Of a stretch of 47,365 bases of DNA, positions 41,349 through 47,365 are shown one piece after another. The notes beneath the pieces are model-generated. The model saw only the letters and a program-made list of their open reading frames with translations, did no database searches and was not told the DNA's origin. The position numbers were made by a program, and so were the translations under genes. Each line of letters begins with the position of its first letter. Position 1 is the first letter of the stretch. Source of the DNA: Trichomonas gallinae (lineage: Eukaryota); NCBI GenBank assembly GCA_008369845.1, contig MRSU01009225.1:1-47365 (forward strand). The letters run 5' to 3'.

Positions 41349-42335
41349 TTACCTTGAGGCGTATTTCTTCATATCTGAGAAGCTGAGATTAGCTGTATTC
41401 TGCATATATTCGATAAATTGTTTCTCGTTTCTTTCTTTTGAACTGTAATATATAGCTAACGATGCACTAAAGCATGACTGTATAACTCGGTCAATAAAAC
41501 TTTGAGGGGATCCGAAGATCGAATCTGGTTTAAATATTTCATTCCAGTATTCTATGATATCTGCAAGACGTAGATCTTGAGTAAAGAGTAATAAAAGCCA
41601 ACGCCCGGCAAAAGATGACGGATTATTATCTGGATTCTTTATCAAATTCGAAAATTCTTTGGTTTGCTTGAGCTTTTTGGCAATTTTAGTCATTGAATCA
41701 TCTAATTGTCTCATTTGCAGCTCAAAATTAAAATAATTTTTAATAAAGTTTTTGAACATTGAAACCGATATAGCTACTGCATGTAATGCGTAATAGTCAA
41801 AACTGTTTGTTGGAAACTCTGGAAATTCTTGTTGAAAGTATATTTCAGCAGAAATTGGTACAATATCGATGTAATCATTCAATACAAGTATTGCCTGAAG
41901 ACATATATGGAATATTGGAATTAAAAGATCGCAAAATCCTTGCATGTATGGTACAATATTAAAATCATTGATTGAATTTAACATATAAGAAAACCATTGC
42001 AAGACTGGATCAATGGCGTATCTTTGCTGAATTTCAAAGTTATGGTCTTTTCTGTGCTTGCCGATTGTTCTAGGTATATCTTGTGACAAAGATTTTTGAA
42101 ATTTTGTTTGATTTGGATGTGAATTTAATACATTAAAGTTGTACTCACTCCATTTACTTGCTAATATGTCTTTGAATGCTTGATATATCGTGTCTATGTG
42201 TCTATATTCGAATTTATATTCCGGCAGCAAAGCATTCCATAACAAATGAAACTGCTGGATTGATTTTATTCCACGCTTGAAATGCGGCTGAACATCCAGA
42301 TTTTCTTCCTTGTTCGTCAGCCAGCAATAATTCAT
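41349..42335 (-). CDS. TBC-domain Rab GTPase-activating protein
   Basis: LSQDIPRT (Arg finger, IxxDxxR-like), YMQGFCDLL (Gln finger, YxQ) and RWLLLLFTQDLRLADIIEYW. Start moved to ATG 42335; Inr TCATTT at 42345-42350. Confidence 0.85.
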   Translation of the reverse strand: MNYCWLTNKEENLDVQPHFKRGIKSIQQFHLLWNALLPEYKFEYRHIDTIYQAFKDILASKWSEYNFNVLNSHPNQTKFQKSLSQDIPRTIGKHRKDHNFEIQQRYAIDPVLQWFSYMLNSINDFNIVPYMQGFCDLLIPIFHICLQAILVLNDYIDIVPISAEIYFQQEFPEFPTNSFDYYALHAVAISVSMFKNFIKNYFNFELQMRQLDDSMTKIAKKLKQTKEFSNLIKNPDNNPSSFAGRWLLLLFTQDLRLADIIEYWNEIFKPDSIFGSPQSFIDRVIQSCFSASLAIYYSSKERNEKQFIEYMQNTANLSFSDMKKYASR

Positions 42336-42682
42336 CAAGGAAAAAAATGACAAATAAAATGTTTTGAAAAGATTATTTTTTTGTTTTTCATCCACACTCT
42401 TTCCATGCTAACAGATTGTTATAAAATTATTCCAAAATCTTACGAACGATTTTATAATTTTGTCAATTTGATCAAATTTATTGACTTATATATAAAATAC
42501 AGCTCAAATTTATGCAAACTTCATAATATCTAAGCTATTATAACCATATCTTAACAATAATAATATCAAATATTAAATTGTATATCTTTATATCAAACAA
42601 AATGTTTAAAACAATAATAAACATACATATCTATAATAACAGGATAGTAAATAGCAACATAAAACATGGTATATAACAAAAA

Positions 42683-43261
42683 TTAAATAATTCTACAACA
42701 CTGAGTTTCTTCTTCCTCTTTTTCGGGACCACCATTTAGATCTGTAAGTTCAATATGATGAGCTGCGCAAGCTACTTTATTAAACATATCGTTTACGCCG
42801 ATATTTTCTTTCGCACTGATGTAGCATACTTCAGCGTTTAGCGAAGCGGCCTTTTCTTGAATCATTTCTTCTGTTATTTGATGAAGATCTTTTGATATAT
42901 CGATTTTATTAACAACGATGAAAGATTTGTATTGTGTTTCGTCAATGTAGTCGTCTAATCTTCTTTTCCACTCCGAAGTTACGTGATCAAGGCTTTCTAA
43001 ATTATCAGTTGCCACGAGATACACCACAACATCGCTTTTAGAGTATACCCCCGAGTTCATTGTCTGCCAGCCTTCAGATCCTGCTGTATCCCAGATCTTC
43101 AGCATGAATGGTCCTGATCGACTTGTAAATTTTTTTGTGCTTAAAATGGGCATTGGAGTAGGATGATGATTGTCAAGGAATTTACCGTCAATGTACATTC
43201 TAATTAGTGATGTTTTACCAGTATTAGTATCACCAATAACTAAAATGTCATAATCCTTCAT
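42683..43261 (-). CDS. Rab-family small GTPase (divergent)
   Basis: G1 GDTNTGKTS, G3 WDTAGSE, G4 NKID, G5 ISAK and C-terminal CCRII prenylation motif. ATG is at 43261; the track start at 43267 is a GTG. Confidence 0.9.
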   Translation of the reverse strand: MKDYDILVIGDTNTGKTSLIRMYIDGKFLDNHHPTPMPILSTKKFTSRSGPFMLKIWDTAGSEGWQTMNSGVYSKSDVVVYLVATDNLESLDHVTSEWKRRLDDYIDETQYKSFIVVNKIDISKDLHQITEEMIQEKAASLNAEVCYISAKENIGVNDMFNKVACAAHHIELTDLNGGPEKEEEETQCCRII

Positions 43262-44560
43262 TTCCACTAATGTAAACTATTCAAAAACTATCAAAAAAAA
43301 ATGAAAAAAACTAGGAAACCTGAAATTTCCAGTGAATTTCGCTTATTCATCTCCAATATCGTTTAATGATGAACTTGAAATAACGATTTCTTATACAATT
43401 CTACAATTTCCGATTCCGATTTCGTTTGGATGATTTCGAGTGTGTATACATACTAAATTAATTATTACGCATGGAGATAAGTTTGAATTAAGGCTTCTTA
43501 TCATTTTAATTAATCTACGATAATTCAACACAAACATGCTATTATTTGACAAACAACCTTGATGAAATGGTTAAGCATTAAATACACTATCTATACACAC
43601 TAATAAAAATCATATTACTATTATATTATTAGCTCAGGCAATGAAATAATTTTTCACAATCATAGTTACAATTCACCGCTGAGTGTGGAAAGATGTGTAT
43701 TCTATAGCAGAAAAATATGATACAAAACTTGACTCAAAACGATGAAAATGAGAAATTATTTTTTAAACCCATCATGAATTTGGGATTCAAGTATTGAATA
43801 GTAAAATGTGGATCGAATATCGAAGGTATTGGTTTAATCTTTCTTGGTTAAGGCGAATTTAATGCAATTTTCGATCAACTCTTAAATAAGATTCTTTTGG
43901 CTTAAAATAGAGTAACTTTCGTAATAGTGGTCTTATCGCTGGAATATCTAGGCTAAGAATATTTTGAAATAGAATTCAACACAAAAATCAGTCAATTTGA
44001 ACGTAAGTATTAGTTAATGTATCAATACTAGGCACTAGAAAGCTATTAAAGGTGGTAGAGCTTCGTAAAACGCATTTTATTATTCTATTGCTCGCATTGT
44101 TTCAACTCTACCGGGAACTTTCGGATATGGTTAGGATCTTGTTACATAGTGATATGAATCGATCGGTTCGTGATTTAGGTAATGATATTAATAAAACAAA
44201 AATATCTCCAAAAAAAAACTCCTGAATCTGATTGAATGATTAGTAGATGTTAATATGTTTCTGAGCTTAAAACGATGTACTACTTTTTAGGACTCCATCG
44301 TTAATTTTGCTTCTGATTTGTAATCAATTTTCCAAAATTTTCTGCTAATGATCACCGAATCGAAACCATATGTGAAATTAACCGATCAAAGAGTCCATTT
44401 CCTGTAAACAAATGACATCATTGGTGTGAATGATTTCTTTTTTCAAATTTGCTGCCTAGCCTAATTTTCCAAGCAAAATATGCTTGGCATCCCTTAATTA
44501 ACAAAAAAACTCAATAATTTCAACATAAAAATAACATGTTTAACAAACAGAAGAGGAGAA

Positions 44561-45486
44561 TTAGTTGCTTATAGCCTCATTAGTGCTTTTTGTATTTCTC
44601 TTGCATTGTGCTCTTGGCTTTATTATTAAAGAGCTTTGTGCTTTGATGCAGCTCTTTGCTATTGCCAAGTATCTATTGTTCCTTTTCTTATCTATTATAG
44701 TTGCTGAATATTCCCTAAATATAGGTCTATCTAGAAGGTCATCTATAGTCGGTCTTAACTTTGGATCCGGCGATAAACATTCGCTGACTACCGTAGCAAA
44801 TGATTGATCTTTAATAAAATCAAGACAAGGAGGCATATTTAACAAATTACGACAAAGTGTTACACGATCTTTTCCTGGCCATGGCAGCATGCCCGTGGCC
44901 ATAGTGAAAAATGTTACGCCAATAGCCCAAATGTCAGCCTTAATTGGATCATGTGGCTTCTTTGTGAGAATCTCTGGAGCCATGAAAGGAACTGATCCTG
45001 CGTAGTTCTGTTCCAATCCGATTTCTGACTGAACTACTGAGAGTCCGAAGTCACAAATGCGGATTCTGTCATACTGATCGATTAAAAAGTTGCCGGTTTG
45101 ATGTCATGATGAGCAATGTTGTGAAAGTGGCATGCTCTGATTGACTTGAGTATACCAAGAGAGTATCTTACAAGTTTCTCTCTAGGAATCTGATGGTTCT
45201 TCCTGATGTATGCTTCAAGTGAAATTGGGCAGTATTCCATTAAAAGATAAACGGATCCCTCGTAAAACTCGTAATGATACAAGTTAACGATGTATGGATC
45301 ATCGAGCATCTTCATGGAGTCGACCTCGCTCTGTCTAAACTTTGTTTCAAGTATAGACTTGAGGGCGAAATCTCTTTTGTACTTTGGATCGTAGATGTGG
45401 TAGACTACTCCGTTTCCGCCTGCGCCAATGACCTCGATGAACTTGTAGCCTCTCATGTTGATGTAGCACTCATCTCTGGCGTTCAT
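44561..45486 (-). pseudogene. CAMK-family Ser/Thr protein kinase split by a 1-nt deletion (pseudogene or sequencing error)
   Basis: The 5' ORF has GAGGNG, ALK, LLMEY and HHDIKPA. A frameshift near 45090 restores NFLIDQYDRIRICDFGLS...AGSVPFMAPE...ADIWAIG...RPT. The span is 926 nt, one short of 309 codons. Confidence 0.88.
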
Positions 45487-47277
45487 GATGATTAATGATT
45501 TGATTGAAGTTTATGATATCACAAAATATTGAGTAGATTATTTATTACATTCAATTGAATAAACTTAAAATATTGCTTAGCACACTGTTTGGATCCTATA
45601 TGTGATAAAAAAGGGGTTCATAGAAGTAAAGAAAAATTTCAAACGTAAAATTGAGATCTACGTTGGCTGGATATAAAAAAAATTCCTCGAAAATATTAAA
45701 AATATAGCATACCCATAGTTAGCAGCTAACTATACTTCGATGACGAAGAATTTTTTGGAATCATAACTGTATGGGAATATGTAACAGTAAAATATAGTAT
45801 ACTTCAATATTTCTTTATTAATTATATTTGAGATTTTTTGATAGTTTGAATTTTGAATGGAGATTTCAATTTGATAAGTTCACAAATTATTGAAACTATT
45901 TATCCAGGAATTGTTATTTGAAATTTTATTTTGGGCCGTTTGGCTTTATAATGGCAACATAGTCAATTGGTTTATTTTATTATATACAGTAAATTCAAAA
46001 AATATTTTTACGCTCCTCTCAAAATAATATGTTCTAAATAATGTATATAGCATAATAACTGAAAATTGATAATTTATAAAATTGAGAGGTGCGGCCAACT
46101 TTGAGCAATCAAGTTAACTGACACCTAAAAATGTATTAATTCGATTATGCAGACTTTATAGAGTATAGATCCAACTAAATCAATATAAAAAAAATGTTTG
46201 AGACTAAATAGAAATTTAAATTGACTTTGAATATAGCATCTATTATGTCAAAAGAAGTTAATCAAGTAACAAAAAAGGGTGCTTAAAAAAATTATAGTGG
46301 GTTGGGTCACTTTTTTGTCAGATCAACTAGACGATATGTAAAGTTTTATAAAAATAAATTGGCAACTATTTTATAGTGTGCCATATGCATAGGCTCGAAG
46401 AGATATGTGGAATTATCACGTTTATATTCGATTATCGTCATTTTTCCCTCAAAAATCGGAAATTGAGACTTTCTGATGTGGATTCATTAATTGATTTCAA
46501 GAGGTTATATGTATTATCACCGTTGAAATATTACTCTCACGTAAAGTGTTGAATTAGCTGTAACTTCTAAACGATCGAATTAAATGGCATAGCAGCGACT
46601 TAATCAACCATGTCTTAATTAAAATTCACATCCGCTGCACCCAAAACAGGATTTCTACCAATTGTGGCTTGAGATTAATCCAATCATATCGAATTTAATG
46701 GAAAATATATAATTAAATTTAATAACTATAAGTGCAAAAGATGTTATTTAGCCTAATATTGATGACTCCAACCTTAAAAATGGTCCAAATAGATCTAATT
46801 ATTCTTTTATTCGCAATTTTTTCTCCAACAATCAGTGTAACATTATTTTAAATTGGAAAAATTAATATTTAGATGATAGTGATTTAAGATTTTAGTTTAA
46901 AAAAATGATCGAAAGTTTTCGAGAAAAAAAAATGAACGATAGCTATCTTTCATTTTGATCGAATATTTCTATATGTGTTATTTCCTAAAATCATTCTATC
47001 ACTTCAAAAGTAGTGGATGAAAATTTTACTCATTTTGAGTTTAAATATGGAATATATGATGTATTTCTTTGATAATTGTTGTATTTTAAAAACTTGGCGG
47101 AAATGTTTGAAAAATGAAAAAAAAATGCATCGATTGTTTTAATATTATGACTATATAAGGCTAAAAGATAATGGTGAACAGAAGAAAATGGCCAGTTGCC
47201 CATTAAAATTTGATAGGGTGATTTGACCACTCATCTTCAGAAAAAACAAAAAAAATTTCAATGTGAAGAAGTTCACA

Positions 47278-47284
47278 TCACTTT
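47278..47284 (+). promoter_or_regulatory. Initiator (Inr) element TCACTTT of GAPDH
   Basis: Matches the trichomonad Inr consensus TCAYTW; begins 17 nt upstream of the ATG at 47295. Confidence 0.75.
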
Positions 47285-47294
47285 AAATCTAGAC

Positions 47295-47365
47295 ATGGTT
47301 GTCAAGGTTGCTATCAATGGTTTCGGCAGAATCGGCCGTCTCGTCTTCCGCGCTTGCCGCAAGCT
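47295..47365 (+). CDS. GAPDH: Glyceraldehyde-3-phosphate dehydrogenase, 5' end (truncated by the window edge; absent from the ORF track)
   Basis: Translates as MVVKVAINGFGRIGRLVFRACRK, the GAPDH NAD-binding N-terminus. Confidence 0.96.
   Translation, partial: MVVKVAINGFGRIGRLVFRACRK

Noticed and set aside
43600..44460. Possible decayed BspA/leucine-rich-repeat gene
   Set aside because: Only vague fragments (KCGSNIEGIG, IEFNTKISQF) with frequent stops; not supportable without a profile search.

Overview
Eukaryotic, AT-rich, gene-dense and apparently intron-free DNA from a parabasalid protist, most likely Trichomonas. The evidence is a GAPDH N-terminus MVVKVAINGFGRIGRLVFRACRK, TCAYTW initiator elements just upstream of start codons, and typical trichomonad expanded families (CAMK kinase, ankyrin, F5/8-type, Gly-rich 'loricrin/PE-PGRS-like', Rab). 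About 20 CDS are present: katanin p80, CFAP20, an 8-module EF-hand (CFAP115-like) protein, a GT-C-like polytopic membrane protein, an F5/8-like protein, a cullin, a SAPS/PP6R-like protein, CCDC112, a VPS9-like protein, a 2632-aa HECTD4/MYCBP2-like giant with a truncated HECT-like end, a RIC1-like protein, MCT-1, a TBC RabGAP next to a Q-to-S Rab, a frameshifted CAMK kinase, the start of GAPDH and several hypotheticals. There are also two decayed ankyrin remnants. The most notable non-coding signals are a recurrent promoter-proximal 11-mer TTTACRTGWCA (14 copies counted, three spaced exactly 41 bp apart), ~70-120 bp degenerate tandem repeats upstream of several genes, a ~195-bp dispersed direct repeat bracketing CCDC112, and a hairpin-rich island with a tRNA-3'-like fragment at 17.0-17.5 kb. 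No CRISPR array, rRNA, intact tRNA or recognisable transposase was seen. All family assignments come from motif recognition by eye, with no database search. Several ORF-track starts were corrected to the downstream ATG.
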